A stretch of 64,000 nucleotides of DNA, taken from positions 48,092-112,091 of the forward strand of contig CAITVN010000080.1 in the NCBI GenBank assembly GCA_903895855.1, read 5' to 3'. Positions within the stretch are counted from its first letter, which is position 1, and each line of letters starts with the position of its first letter. A program made the translations under genes and the position numbers. This document shows, piece after piece, positions 37,580 through 47,902 of the stretch. The notes under the pieces were generated by a model. The model saw only the letters and a program-made list of their open reading frames with translations, was not told where the DNA came from and ran no database searches. This stretch comes from Oligoflexia bacterium. GTDB lineage: Bacteria > Bdellovibrionota > UBA1018.

Positions 37580-39391
37580 TCACGGCTTCATCAATTGAAT
37601 GTAGTTTGGTCGCAAAAACTGACGCATCAAGAATGAGGTACCATTCTGAATCAACTTTGTCTGCGCAGTAACCTCAGAGACTTGAGTTGAATCAGCGGGA
37701 TAAACAATTCTCCAAAAGTGCTGATCTAAGGTCGAAATCGAAACCGTTCGCACAGGCGAATTCGCGCTACCCCAATCATTTAGAGTAAACAATTCCCACA
37801 CATTAATGTGGTCGCTATTAATCTCAAACGCTTCGCCACCACCGTTACTGGCCGTTAGGTAATTTCCCTCGGTATTGCGAAAAACGCCTTTGACCACCTT
37901 AGAGCCGTCAGGCTGAATGTACGGAATTTCAATGTAATCAAATGAACACCAAATTCCTGCTTGATTGCCTCCAACTTCAGGATTCATAGCCAAGCTGGCT
38001 TCATCAGCAAGACCTATCGTGCGCACACACCGGTTGTCTTTCAAGGTATTCGAGTTTTGAAGAATCACCTTTTTTCCTTCTAGGTCGACCACTTCGAACG
38101 ACTCCCACTGGCCCGATTGCGTTCCCGTCACATTCACACTACTGCCTCCACCCGAAGCCGCTTGAAGGTAGTGCTTTTTGTCAGAAGTTCGAAATGACAG
38201 CACTCCGTTCGGTTTCGATACGACCTTAAAGATTTCCCACGAGTCGACGGCGGTTGCAGTCGTACCGACGCTAGTACCACCGCCATTTAAAGCAGTGAGG
38301 TATTTGCCATTAGAAAGTTTGATTGCAACTGCATTGGCTGCCAAAGAATCGAGATAACCTAAATCAACGAGGTTCATCACTGCCTCTGAAGGTATTTGAA
38401 TAGTCTCGGCCTTAAGCGGCTGTTGCGCCTCTGCGTCTAGAGTCACATAATTGCCGGACTGGGTCTTGAGCGCAACCCGTCGGCCATTGAGCTCGACCAC
38501 CTTAAGCATGGTTGTGAGGTCTTTGGTTTTTCCAACTCCACTCAAAAGGTCAGACGTTTTCGATGCGGTACCCAAGAGCATGCCATAGTAGGTATGAAGG
38601 TAATCGTTCTTCGCTGTCGTTTGAAAATGGTCAAAAAGCTCCCAGTCGTCAATGTGATCTTTCGACGCGGTGACCAAACCCAGCCCGTCTTCGGCACTGA
38701 AATACAAACCGTTCTTTTTTGAGCGATAGGCAAACGTACCGTCAAGAAGATTCACTCTGTAGAATGTTTCGTCTGCACCAATTCGATTAGAGTCGAACTT
38801 TAATGTTCCATCATCGTATGCCCGCAGATACTTTTCAGGGTATTGATGACGAATTGCTACCGGCTCACCATTTAACCAAATTCTTTTAAACTGAGCTTGT
38901 TTAATAGAAGTTGAGGTAGCAGTGGCCTCCAGAACCCATTTGCCATCTGGCTGTGCTGTAATTCTCAGATACTTACCATTCGCGGCCGCAAACGCCCAAG
39001 TGGTGTAAAACGGATCGAGCGAAACCAATCTGAAAGTCTCATTGGGTCCCGGCGTCGAAGTTTGAATTGCACCCATAAGTCCTGAGTTAAAGTCTATGAC
39101 ACTAAGGTAAAAGCCATCGCTTGTTTTCAACTGCGCTTGATCACCTCCTATTATTGGGTTTTCAAAACTCTGAGAAGGACCGATTCGTTGAGAATCAGCT
39201 ACGACAGTTTTCAATCCGGTTGATGATGAATCTTGAACACTGAGATAAAGATTATTGTAGGCACGATAAGCTCTTGGGCCGGCGCTTGCCAGTGTTGAGA
39301 TCGACAGACTCGCAGCGAAAACGATTAAAACAGCGAGAGCACTCTTTGTCAGATTCAGCATTTTATTTTTCATAAACGTCTTTCTTTTCAT
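37580..39391 (-). CDS. secreted protein of tandem fascin-like beta-trefoil repeats (paralog B)
   Basis: 603 aa; collinear with paralog A throughout (shared RAYRAYN, GEPVAIRHQY, DHIDDWELFDHF, NVWELFTL, SFLMRQ). Confidence 0.55.
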   Translation of the reverse strand: MKRKTFMKNKMLNLTKSALAVLIVFAASLSISTLASAGPRAYRAYNNLYLSVQDSSSTGLKTVVADSQRIGPSQSFENPIIGGDQAQLKTSDGFYLSVIDFNSGLMGAIQTSTPGPNETFRLVSLDPFYTTWAFAAANGKYLRITAQPDGKWVLEATATSTSIKQAQFKRIWLNGEPVAIRHQYPEKYLRAYDDGTLKFDSNRIGADETFYRVNLLDGTFAYRSKKNGLYFSAEDGLGLVTASKDHIDDWELFDHFQTTAKNDYLHTYYGMLLGTASKTSDLLSGVGKTKDLTTMLKVVELNGRRVALKTQSGNYVTLDAEAQQPLKAETIQIPSEAVMNLVDLGYLDSLAANAVAIKLSNGKYLTALNGGGTSVGTTATAVDSWEIFKVVSKPNGVLSFRTSDKKHYLQAASGGGSSVNVTGTQSGQWESFEVVDLEGKKVILQNSNTLKDNRCVRTIGLADEASLAMNPEVGGNQAGIWCSFDYIEIPYIQPDGSKVVKGVFRNTEGNYLTASNGGGEAFEINSDHINVWELFTLNDWGSANSPVRTVSISTLDQHFWRIVYPADSTQVSEVTAQTKLIQNGTSFLMRQFLRPNYIQLMKP

Positions 39392-39559
39392 TGGCTATTG
39401 ATTGGCTACCTATTGGGTATAGTTATTCTGTCTTCAAACTCCACCACCAATACCTGACCATATTAGTTAAGTCAATAAAACCTGGCCTTATCTTATTGTC
39501 ACACAAGATCGGGTCAATTAACTCACTGCCAAGAAACCGAATAAACGACGCCCTCAAAA

Positions 39560-39975
39560 AAAAACGCAAAGTTCTTAGTCACTTTGTCTGGAATTCGAGA
39601 CATGTCACTTGAGCAAACACTTGAGTGGATCGACGAAGACGAATGGATCGAAGTCACTCCGAAATCGATTCGCATTCGCAAAAAAGTACTCTCGGGTAAC
39701 CTTCGCAGCGTGAAGCGAGAAGACCGAATTAAGTAAGATTTTCTCAGTAAATAAAAAGACTTCGCCCCAACTTCATGAGTTGAATGTAGTTTGGTCGCAA
39801 AAACTGCCGCATCAAGAATGAGGTACCCTTCTGAATCAACTTTGTCTGCGCCGTAACCTCAGAGACTTGAGTTGAATCAGCGGGATAAACAATTCTCCAA
39901 AAATGCTGATCTAAGGTCGAAATCGAAACCGTTCGCACTGGCGAATTCGCGCTACCCCAATCATTTAGAGTAAAC
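39560..39975. pseudogene. segmental-duplication remnant: copy of typA 3' end (last about 50 codons + stop) fused to copy of last about 75 codons of beta-trefoil paralog
   Basis: 39586-39735 about 90% identical to 32014-32163 (typA 3' end); 39770-39970 near-identical to 37580-37800 (paralog B 3' end) but junction sequence resembles paralog A stop region; terminator hairpin of original locus absent. Confidence 0.7.
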
Positions 39976-40168
39976 TGCAACCGCACAAATAACACCCAGT
40001 CTAATGTTTAATTTTAAATTAAATTATATCGAATAAATTAATTAAATAAACCTAGTAGATTTAATAATTAACAAGTACTTCACCTTTCGAAGCAACAACA
40101 CCCTCACCATCGATGAGGTTTGCGGTCACCACACGCCCCCCCTATTTCTCAAGGCAACTTGAGAAGCT

Positions 40169-41080
40169 ATGAAAGGAATTTGCAGCATGTCAACCCCCAC
40201 TTTTATTCGCTCTCTTAAACCACTTACGCCATTAGCGCTCAGTTTCATCTCTGCGCTGGCAATCGCAGACATCCATGCCGACGAATTGGGTGATCACAGT
40301 TTAGAAATTCATCAACGCCGCCTTCACGTTGGCGAGGTACAAATCGACAGTGGATTTGTAAAAACTCAAGACGGCAGCGGAACCGACGTTAGAATTCAAA
40401 CGTCTCTCGCATCGTTTGACAACACGTTTGGAGACGCAAAGACACTTTACCTTCAATGGACATACCTCGCCGATCAAAAGGGCTACCGAGTACACTTTGG
40501 ACTTGAAGATTCTCAAGTTCTCTTTTTTTGCACCACCTCGAACGGCACGAGCCTCAGTTTTCTTAAATTTATGTCTGATTGCAAACCCAGCACCTTTGCT
40601 GTCGGCGGCAAAGTCCTCGACGTACAAGTCGACACAAACACATCGCGCTGGGCTGTTCGTTGGGCCGAACTCACCGGGGTGATCAATGCACTACAGAACG
40701 GAAACGATGACAGTTACCAGCATAAGCGGCTCAATTTTCTAGGGGGCGCAAGCATTGACACGATTTTTCCGGGCAACACCACAGTGACCCGACTCAACGC
40801 CGGAATGATCGGCATGATTCGCTCAAGAGACAATCACTGGGAACTGCGTGGACAATTCAATTATCGCCCCAACGTTGGCAATATGGCCGACTATGCAATC
40901 GAAGCTAAAGCCTCGGCAGGTTACAACTTCATGATGGGCCCAAGCGCGTTTGCGACAATCGCGGCCACCAGCGAATACGCCCATTGGAGTATGCCCTGGC
41001 ATTCGATCGGTGATTTCACCTCAGATACCGCGACCGACACCGTTTATACTGGACTCTTATTTGATATCAAATGGCAATAG
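40169..41080 (+). CDS. hypothetical secreted/outer-membrane protein
   Basis: signal peptide LALSFISALAIADIHA; beta-rich; ends ...FDIKWQ. Confidence 0.4.
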   Translation: MKGICSMSTPTFIRSLKPLTPLALSFISALAIADIHADELGDHSLEIHQRRLHVGEVQIDSGFVKTQDGSGTDVRIQTSLASFDNTFGDAKTLYLQWTYLADQKGYRVHFGLEDSQVLFFCTTSNGTSLSFLKFMSDCKPSTFAVGGKVLDVQVDTNTSRWAVRWAELTGVINALQNGNDDSYQHKRLNFLGGASIDTIFPGNTTVTRLNAGMIGMIRSRDNHWELRGQFNYRPNVGNMADYAIEAKASAGYNFMMGPSAFATIAATSEYAHWSMPWHSIGDFTSDTATDTVYTGLLFDIKWQ

Positions 41081-41117
41081 ATCATGCGAAAATAAGGGGT
41101 TAGTTTACCGAGGTTGA

Positions 41118-41930
41118 CTACGTAGAATCGACTCGAAAAAAATCAAGGGTGAGCCCAAAAAGTTGTTCTTCTTTTGACTGCTGTACCGTTTTGAGCCATT
41201 CGGTGAGATCATGAGTCATTTTCGCCTTTAGCCGAACGGCATCTTCGGCCGAAAGGGTTACCACCGATGAGTAATGAACTGTCTCACCAACATGGCGCTC
41301 ACCCAGCGAATCGAGCGAGCGTAATCGCCAATTGGTGTGATGTTGAAAGATCAGGGGCGAGTCATTCTCTAAATGAAGAAGTACTGTTCCTGGCTCAATC
41401 TTGTCTGCGGTCACTTTCACCAGACCGACTTGCTTTAAAAACGAAACCACTTCACCGAGTTTACGAGCCGATAGGCGAAGGGCTTTTTCTAATTTCTTTT
41501 TTTCTTGAAGCGACGGAATGGTCACTGCCATGTGTACGGCTGCATAATGCCACGAACTATAATAAATCGTTTGATTTTCTCTTGATAAGGTATCGTGAAT
41601 TTTTACTTGTTTTTTTAATACCAGTGCTCGTTTTCGTAGATCGTTGAGCTGCTCACTCAAAAGACTGCGTAGCGATTCGGTTCCTGCTCTCGCAAATTCA
41701 ACCAGTACTAAGAAATACCGAATCTCGTCACGATTCAAATTCAAAAACCGTCCGGCGGCCTCAGACTGTTCCATATTGAAATGTTTCGGACCCCCTAGCA
41801 CTTGCGAAACATACGCCGTATGACAGTGGGTCGCCTCAGCAAGCGATAACCGAAATCCCCGAGGGCTCGCTTTTGCCCAATCTAAGAGATATTCTTTATA
41901 GTTTGTGTATTCATAAAGGGTTTTATTCAT
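41118..41930 (-). CDS. TIGR02147-family protein (Fibrobacter/Bdellovibrio paralogous family, putative HTH regulator)
   Basis: N-terminus MNKTLYEYTNYKEYLLDWAKASPRGFRLSLAEATHCHTAYVSQVLGG matches remembered TIGR02147 consensus. Confidence 0.55.
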   Translation of the reverse strand: MNKTLYEYTNYKEYLLDWAKASPRGFRLSLAEATHCHTAYVSQVLGGPKHFNMEQSEAAGRFLNLNRDEIRYFLVLVEFARAGTESLRSLLSEQLNDLRKRALVLKKQVKIHDTLSRENQTIYYSSWHYAAVHMAVTIPSLQEKKKLEKALRLSARKLGEVVSFLKQVGLVKVTADKIEPGTVLLHLENDSPLIFQHHTNWRLRSLDSLGERHVGETVHYSSVVTLSAEDAVRLKAKMTHDLTEWLKTVQQSKEEQLFGLTLDFFRVDST

Positions 41931-42118
41931 GCTGCTTCTATCGTATCGGATTACATCGATACTTAAATAAAAATTAAATAACCATCAGTTTATTAATTAC
42001 AAAATCCTATTCTATACTAAATACATCAACTATACATTGACTCATCGAGTTAATAAAGTTATAAGCGCTTGCCACACCGGTAGGCACGGCTCAGCTCGAA
42101 TAGACAAAGGAAATAGTT

Positions 42119-43501
42119 ATGCGCATGAAATTAAAAGCAAAAACTGATCACCGCCTAAAGTTAATGCCTACTGGTAACACGCCAAGAGCTCTCACCTGCC
42201 TGGCCGCTCTCATCGCGCTCATTGGCCTGAGCTCCACTGTCAACGCCGAATCGAACGAAGGCGGAATCAGCGGTGGCGGTGGCGGTTTTGCCGAAATCAA
42301 AATGAAATCGATTCGCGACGAATTACTCACTTGGGTCAAAAGCCCTGGACCATCATCGCTTGACTTTAGAAAGGCCCACGGACTTACCGAAGCTGAATAC
42401 CGCCTAAAAATGAAAGATATTTTATCTAATTTAAGTGTGCAAATTGGGTCGATTTCGGCTGAAGAAGAATCCAAAACTAACGATCCCGATCTCAAAGTTC
42501 GCGTACAAAACGAACCCAAAGATTGCCGGGGGAGCTTGTGGGCGCGAGACGGACTTCCTCACATTTTGTGCATCGAAAAGCCATTTATGGATGCCAGCTC
42601 AAGTGATCAGTATCGAATGATTCATCACGAATATGCCGGGCTCATCGGGATCGAAAAAAACATCGGACCCAACTCTGACTACAATCTTTCGGAGCAACTC
42701 ACCGAATACGTCGAACCGCAAGTGACCGATCGCCTAGGTATCAAACGAAAACACAAACGAGAACTCACCGGAGATACACTCCGCTATTGGATTATTGATC
42801 ACACCCGCGGACTGACCGTTGAATCATTTTGGCGAAAGACCAGCCTAAAGTTTGACGAAGTCGACGAAAATGGAGAATCCATTTATCAAACGCAGTACAT
42901 GGAACAACCGCAAGCAAGCAAAGGTCGACTTTTTGATTTCGGTTCTGGTTATCCCTACCCTGATGGCACCCCATCGCGACTTGCCGATCGAATCGTCGAC
43001 CATTCGCAAGATGCCGAGGCACTTTTTAAGGCCAATTCGCAAGATAAAGAACCCCTACTGGTTTGTGAGACTGCTAGCCCTATGGAATCACTTAAATTGA
43101 AATTCTCGTTTTATGTTGGCGAGTCTGAGTCAGACCTCCATTGGCGACTTGAGGTCATCAAGCCAACTTACTTCTGGAGTATTCAATTAGGCGCAAAGAA
43201 TCTCAGCGAGCAAGGGCTCTACGAAGCCACGGGGCACTGCGATGCACCAAGCGCTGTAGGTATCACACGCGATGAAGAATTCGCCTCGCTGGCACTAGCA
43301 GATTTCGAATTCAATCACGTGACCCTTGATAATGTCGAAACTGTCTACGACCTTAAGCACTCGGACCATAATCCTAATTTAAGGATGCTTTTTTTGACGA
43401 GACTTTTTGTGCCAGGTGCAAGCTTTGGTGCGGTTCTCGAAGACATCCAAGACTTATCTCCGCAAACTGTGTCAGTGCTAAACTGTCGGGCTGCGAAGTA
43501 A
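42119..43501 (+). CDS. hypothetical secreted protein
   Basis: 460 aa; signal peptide ALTCLAALIALIGLSSTVNA followed by Gly run. Confidence 0.4.
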   Translation: MRMKLKAKTDHRLKLMPTGNTPRALTCLAALIALIGLSSTVNAESNEGGISGGGGGFAEIKMKSIRDELLTWVKSPGPSSLDFRKAHGLTEAEYRLKMKDILSNLSVQIGSISAEEESKTNDPDLKVRVQNEPKDCRGSLWARDGLPHILCIEKPFMDASSSDQYRMIHHEYAGLIGIEKNIGPNSDYNLSEQLTEYVEPQVTDRLGIKRKHKRELTGDTLRYWIIDHTRGLTVESFWRKTSLKFDEVDENGESIYQTQYMEQPQASKGRLFDFGSGYPYPDGTPSRLADRIVDHSQDAEALFKANSQDKEPLLVCETASPMESLKLKFSFYVGESESDLHWRLEVIKPTYFWSIQLGAKNLSEQGLYEATGHCDAPSAVGITRDEEFASLALADFEFNHVTLDNVETVYDLKHSDHNPNLRMLFLTRLFVPGASFGAVLEDIQDLSPQTVSVLNCRAAK

Positions 43502-43682
43502 TTTGTTCGAGCCATTTCGAAACCACTCGTTTTGCCAGACCGTGCTCACCACTGTATTTTCAGAGGGCCAACTTTTTCGTCATGTCGTTCGCTGCGTCCG
43601 GAGGCCAGAGCTTCGGTAAAATGCCGCTTACCGGCACGGTTGTATTCATCTGGTGAATTCAAACCCGGTGAGCTAATAACTC

Positions 43683-44627
43683 TCAGGCCCAGCGACGAGT
43701 TCGCCACTGCGCTTGAAGCGTTTCACCTAAGAAGGTCCAGGCCACAATTCGGCTTTTTTTCTGACCTTGCGCCATTTCTAACGTTCGGTACTCGAAGGTT
43801 TCGGCTTTATCTAGGGCCCGATAAATGCTCGGCAAATTCGTTTCTTTCGAAATCAGGGTCGTAAACCAAAACACTTGGTTCGCCACACTTTGACTTTCAT
43901 TAATCAGTTGGCACACAAACGCGACTTCGCCACCTGAGTAACAAAGTTCAGTGGGTTGTCCGCCAAAATTAAGACCTTTTGCCTTACCTAGATTTTTTGT
44001 TTTTCTTTCGCTTCCGGCCTTGGCATCTGCCATCGAAGAGTGAAATGGCGGATTACACACGACCAAATCAAACTGGCCTTGCTCACTGGGTAAACCCACA
44101 TCAACAATGCCCTCGAGCACCTTCGCGGCATTCGCCTGCACTCGAAACTCGATGTGTTTGAGTACATCAGGGTTCGCTCGCACGATCTTTTTAGCAGAAT
44201 CGATCGCCACAACATCGACGTCTGAGCCGACGAAGCTCCAGCCATACTCACAGTGCCCGATGATGGGGTAAATGCAATTTGCGCCCACGCCAACATCTAA
44301 GACTCGTATTTGCTTGCCACGCGGAATTTTGGCGCCCTCACCCAAAAGATCAGCAACTAAATGCACGTAATCGGCGCGGCCAGGCACCGGCGGGCAAAGA
44401 TACCGCGCCGGAATTTCCCAAGTCTTTAAACCATAAAAGTGCGCCAACAGTGCCAGATTCAAGGCCCTAACGGCTTCGGGATCGGCAAAATCGATCGACT
44501 GATTGTGATACTGATTAATCACAACAAAAGGTGCTAACTTTGGACAAACCTCAATCAACCGATCAAAGTCATAATGACCTTGATGCCGATTTCGAGGATG
44601 GTGCGACGAAACCCTATCTTTTTTCAT
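43683..44627 (-). CDS. rlmF: 23S rRNA (adenine1618-N6)-methyltransferase RlmF
   Basis: HPRNRHQGHYDF N-term, LCPPVPGRADYVHLVADLL, catalytic VVCNPPFH; ATG 44627 (ORF-track GTG start further upstream). Confidence 0.8.
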   Translation of the reverse strand: MKKDRVSSHHPRNRHQGHYDFDRLIEVCPKLAPFVVINQYHNQSIDFADPEAVRALNLALLAHFYGLKTWEIPARYLCPPVPGRADYVHLVADLLGEGAKIPRGKQIRVLDVGVGANCIYPIIGHCEYGWSFVGSDVDVVAIDSAKKIVRANPDVLKHIEFRVQANAAKVLEGIVDVGLPSEQGQFDLVVCNPPFHSSMADAKAGSERKTKNLGKAKGLNFGGQPTELCYSGGEVAFVCQLINESQSVANQVFWFTTLISKETNLPSIYRALDKAETFEYRTLEMAQGQKKSRIVAWTFLGETLQAQWRTRRWA

Positions 44628-44957
44628 GATCTCTAGCACTTTCCTGAGCTAGGTAGTCTGACTATTTCTTTTTAGCGCCTGCTGTTTGCTTTGCTGCAGT
44701 CGCCTGATTTTTTTGGCTATTAGCCTTGTCATTTTTTGCTTGCTTCTGATTTGCATTTTTCTTTGTATTTTTTGGAGACTTGTCGCCCATGATGATTGAC
44801 TCTTTTCTATTGAGATCGTTATTCGACTTACGTACTCAAGAATGCCCTACGTCGACATCGAACGCCATACCTAACTGTTTTTTCATCTACTGAGAACCCG
44901 ATGCGATTATTTGACGCACACCTTTGAATCAGGGTATGCCTCAACTGGGGGTATTCA

Positions 44958-45884
44958 GTGTTAAATCAATTTTATTTAATAAAACATTCTGTTTATCAGT
45001 TTTCTAAGGCAAACCACCCTCAGATCAACTCAAACGCCCCCCAAGCCCCCCAAGCCCGCCGAGCACACTGGGTAACCTTTACTTTGATTGCCGCCGGCAT
45101 ATCGGCCACTTATGCGACTCAATCACTTTTACCCAGCTTATCTCAGGCAGCGGCCCCCTCGCTCCCGGTGTTCAGCAATCAAGTGACCACTGAATGGAAA
45201 AATCCTGACCCCAACTCAACGTTAAAACGAGTGATCTCTCGAACTTCAGATTACAGTGTCAAAATTGGCGATTCGCTAAGTCTCGGCAAACGCATGGACA
45301 TTGGCTTTGAGACCGACACCGTTTCTCACTTAACTGACTATGTGGTCGTTCAGTTTTTAAGGGGCTGTAGCTTCACGAGCCGTTACCACCTTGAGACCAA
45401 AACGACTGAAGCGGTTTTCGATGTGAGCCACTATTCATGGAGCGCCATTGAACCCTTCAAACATGCAGATTGGATTGTTGATTCGGTTGATAAAGACCCC
45501 GTCTACAATAGCTCAGATGACGAAGGTCTCGCTAGGCACTTTGCCTACCGATCGCAACCTAAAATCGGTGGTTTTGAAAAAAGCCAAGGTGAAAAATATT
45601 TCGGAGTCTCGGCACCAGTAAGCCCTTGGATCTACGTGGTCGATCGTCCCGGCACGGTTTTCGTGGGTGACGCAGGCGAAGATGCAAAAAACATTTCACT
45701 CGAATTTCAAACCTGTGTTTATAAAAACTCGGAAGTACCCAACCACTTAAGCAGCGCTCAAGCGGTCGGTGAAATCAAATCAGTACCCCTCTACTGCACC
45801 ACCTGGGCAAGTTCTTTTATCTATAATTTTGAAACCAAAAAATTTGAACGCCCCCAAGGAATTAGCCCGCTTTGCGGCTTCTAA
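44958..45884 (+). CDS. hypothetical secreted protein
   Basis: 308 aa; hydrophobic segment FTLIAAGISATYATQSLLPSL after N-terminal region. Confidence 0.35.
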   Translation: MLNQFYLIKHSVYQFSKANHPQINSNAPQAPQARRAHWVTFTLIAAGISATYATQSLLPSLSQAAAPSLPVFSNQVTTEWKNPDPNSTLKRVISRTSDYSVKIGDSLSLGKRMDIGFETDTVSHLTDYVVVQFLRGCSFTSRYHLETKTTEAVFDVSHYSWSAIEPFKHADWIVDSVDKDPVYNSSDDEGLARHFAYRSQPKIGGFEKSQGEKYFGVSAPVSPWIYVVDRPGTVFVGDAGEDAKNISLEFQTCVYKNSEVPNHLSSAQAVGEIKSVPLYCTTWASSFIYNFETKKFERPQGISPLCGF

Positions 45885-45924
45885 AAAATTATAATCTCAA
45901 ATATCGATTTTTTACCGATTTTCG

Positions 45925-46137
45925 TTAAGGCCTGCGAACGTTCTTGGCGAGAAAACCTTTGGGCGAATCGTAGAGGTCAAACTCAACTTCTTCGCCTTCA
46001 ATCAGGGTTCGAAATCCCTTTGATGCCACTTCACTGATCGCTGAGTAGTGCACAAAAATTTCATTGCCGTCAAAACGCTCAATGAACCCAAATCCTTTTT
46101 TTTCGTTGAACCATTTCACTCTACCAACGGCCATCAC
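45925..46137 (-). CDS. cspA: cold-shock protein (CspA family)
   Basis: [21 protein letters not shown]1 motif; 70 aa. Confidence 0.9.
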   Translation of the reverse strand: MMAVGRVKWFNEKKGFGFIERFDGNEIFVHYSAISEVASKGFRTLIEGEEVEFDLYDSPKGFLAKNVRRP

Positions 46138-46170
46138 TCACGCCCCTTTTGAAATATTATCAACCGATTT

Positions 46171-46476
46171 CTACCTCTTTGATTTTATCGTCTGCCCAGC
46201 CAGCCTCGGTGCATTCGTTGGGCTCGATGCAAAATCAAAAACAATTTCATCGGCTCCAGTATACCCTAGGACTCGCCTAATCTGCCTTTCTTGCACAAAT
46301 GCATTTTTTTCAAGCCGCGAAACCTCGTCTTCAACCGCCGTCATCTCTTTTTCTAATTTGGTACGGGTCGCATTTCTTTGATCAAGAAGTAACCTCAACT
46401 GCAGCGCCTGCCAAACCCCAGGTGACCCCACCCAATGGTTGGCGATACCAGACAAAAACACCAACCAAGAGATCAA
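46171..46476 (-). CDS. ftsB: septum formation initiator FtsB/DivIC-like
   Basis: N-terminal TM, coiled coil, then QERQIRRVLGYTGADEIVF matching FtsB C-terminal motif; immediately downstream of eno (conserved eno-ftsB arrangement). Confidence 0.55.
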   Translation of the reverse strand: MISWLVFLSGIANHWVGSPGVWQALQLRLLLDQRNATRTKLEKEMTAVEDEVSRLEKNAFVQERQIRRVLGYTGADEIVFDFASSPTNAPRLAGQTIKSKR

Positions 46477-46505
46477 AATGCATCCCCAAATGGTATCGGC
46501 TACCC

Positions 46506-47858
46506 TCAGACGACACTCCTTTGCTCGCGCTTGAATGCGGCCATTCCTGCAAAACGAGCGTTTTCACCCAACGCCTCTTGAATTCTAATCAACTGATTGT
46601 ACTTCGCGATTCGATCGGTTCTTGAAGCCGACCCAGTCTTGATCTGACCACAGTCGGTGCCGACAGCGAGTTCAGCGATAAACGTGTCTTCGCTTTCACC
46701 GCTACGATGTGAGGCGATCGAAGCATAATTATTTTGTTTTGCTAACTTCATCGTGCTCAAGGTTTCGCTTAAGGTACCAATCTGGTTCAGCTTGATCAAA
46801 ATTGAATTTGCCGTTTTTTGCTCGATTCCTTTTTTTAGAAACTTTGGATTCGTCACAAACAAATCATCACCCACTAACTGACATTTACCACCAAGCGCTG
46901 TGGTAGCCTGAGCCCAGCCTTTCCAATCGTGCTCGGCCAAGCCATCTTCTATAGAAATAATAGGATAAGTCTCTACCCATTGGCTATACAGTTGTACCAT
47001 TTCTGACGAATTTAACCGTTTACCCTCAAATTGATACGCCTCACCTTGATAAAATTCACTTGCGGCACAGTCGAGCGCCAAATAAATGTCGCGACCTGCT
47101 TGATACCCGGCCAGTTTAATAGCAGTCAATATAGACTGCATCGCCTGCTCATGGGGTTTTTCGCCGCTAAAATGCGGGGCAAAGCCCCCCTCGTCGCCCA
47201 CCCCAGTCGCTAGCCCTCTTTCGTTGAGAACTTTTTTCAAATGATGAAACACTTCAGCGCCCGCTCTCAGGCTTTCAGAAAACTTCTTGAATCCAACAGG
47301 CACAATCATGAACTCTTGAATCGCTAACCCATTATCGGCGTGCTTGCCGCCATTGAGAATATTCATCAAAGGCACTGGCAGTGTTTGCCCCTGAGACCCA
47401 AAAGTTTCGGCAATGAGTTGATAAAGCGGTTTTGCTTGCGAGTTAGCCAAAGCGCGCGCAAAAGCCATACTGACAGGCAAAATGGCGTTAGCTCCGAGTT
47501 CTGTTTTATTTTCAGTGCCATCAAGGTCGAGTAGCACTTCATCTAATGCGGCGAACGAATTAAAAGAACGACCAACAATTGACGGCGCAATTTTTGTGCG
47601 CACATTCTCAACTGCTTTCAAAACGCCCTTTCCCAAATACCTAGCCTTATCTTGATCGCGCAGCTCAAGCGCCTCGCCTTCACCCGTTGAAGCCCCTGAC
47701 GGCACGATTGCCTGGCCTCTAAATTCGTGAATCGAATCTGCACTCGAATCTGGCGTTTTACCACTTGAAGTCGAAGCAAACACTTCAACTTCAACGGTTG
47801 GAAACCCACGTGAATCTAACACTTCTCTCGCTAAGACTTTATTGATAGTTAATTTCAT
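46506..47858 (-). CDS. eno: enolase
   Basis: [35 protein letters not shown], full-length 450 aa. Confidence 0.95.
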   Translation of the reverse strand: MKLTINKVLAREVLDSRGFPTVEVEVFASTSSGKTPDSSADSIHEFRGQAIVPSGASTGEGEALELRDQDKARYLGKGVLKAVENVRTKIAPSIVGRSFNSFAALDEVLLDLDGTENKTELGANAILPVSMAFARALANSQAKPLYQLIAETFGSQGQTLPVPLMNILNGGKHADNGLAIQEFMIVPVGFKKFSESLRAGAEVFHHLKKVLNERGLATGVGDEGGFAPHFSGEKPHEQAMQSILTAIKLAGYQAGRDIYLALDCAASEFYQGEAYQFEGKRLNSSEMVQLYSQWVETYPIISIEDGLAEHDWKGWAQATTALGGKCQLVGDDLFVTNPKFLKKGIEQKTANSILIKLNQIGTLSETLSTMKLAKQNNYASIASHRSGESEDTFIAELAVGTDCGQIKTGSASRTDRIAKYNQLIRIQEALGENARFAGMAAFKREQRSVV

Positions 47859-47902
47859 ATGCGTTCTAATATTTCACACAGATGAACCTGAATCAAGGTG
47901 AT

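Noticed and set aside
39391-39612. 73-aa ORF starting at the paralog B start codon region
   Set aside because: Spans an intergenic junction into the typA-remnant; no conservation or RBS; likely chance ORF.
43532-43864. 110-aa plus-strand ORF downstream of secreted protein gene
   Set aside because: Overlaps the 3' end of rlmF on the opposite strand and has Arg/Ser-rich shadow-ORF composition.
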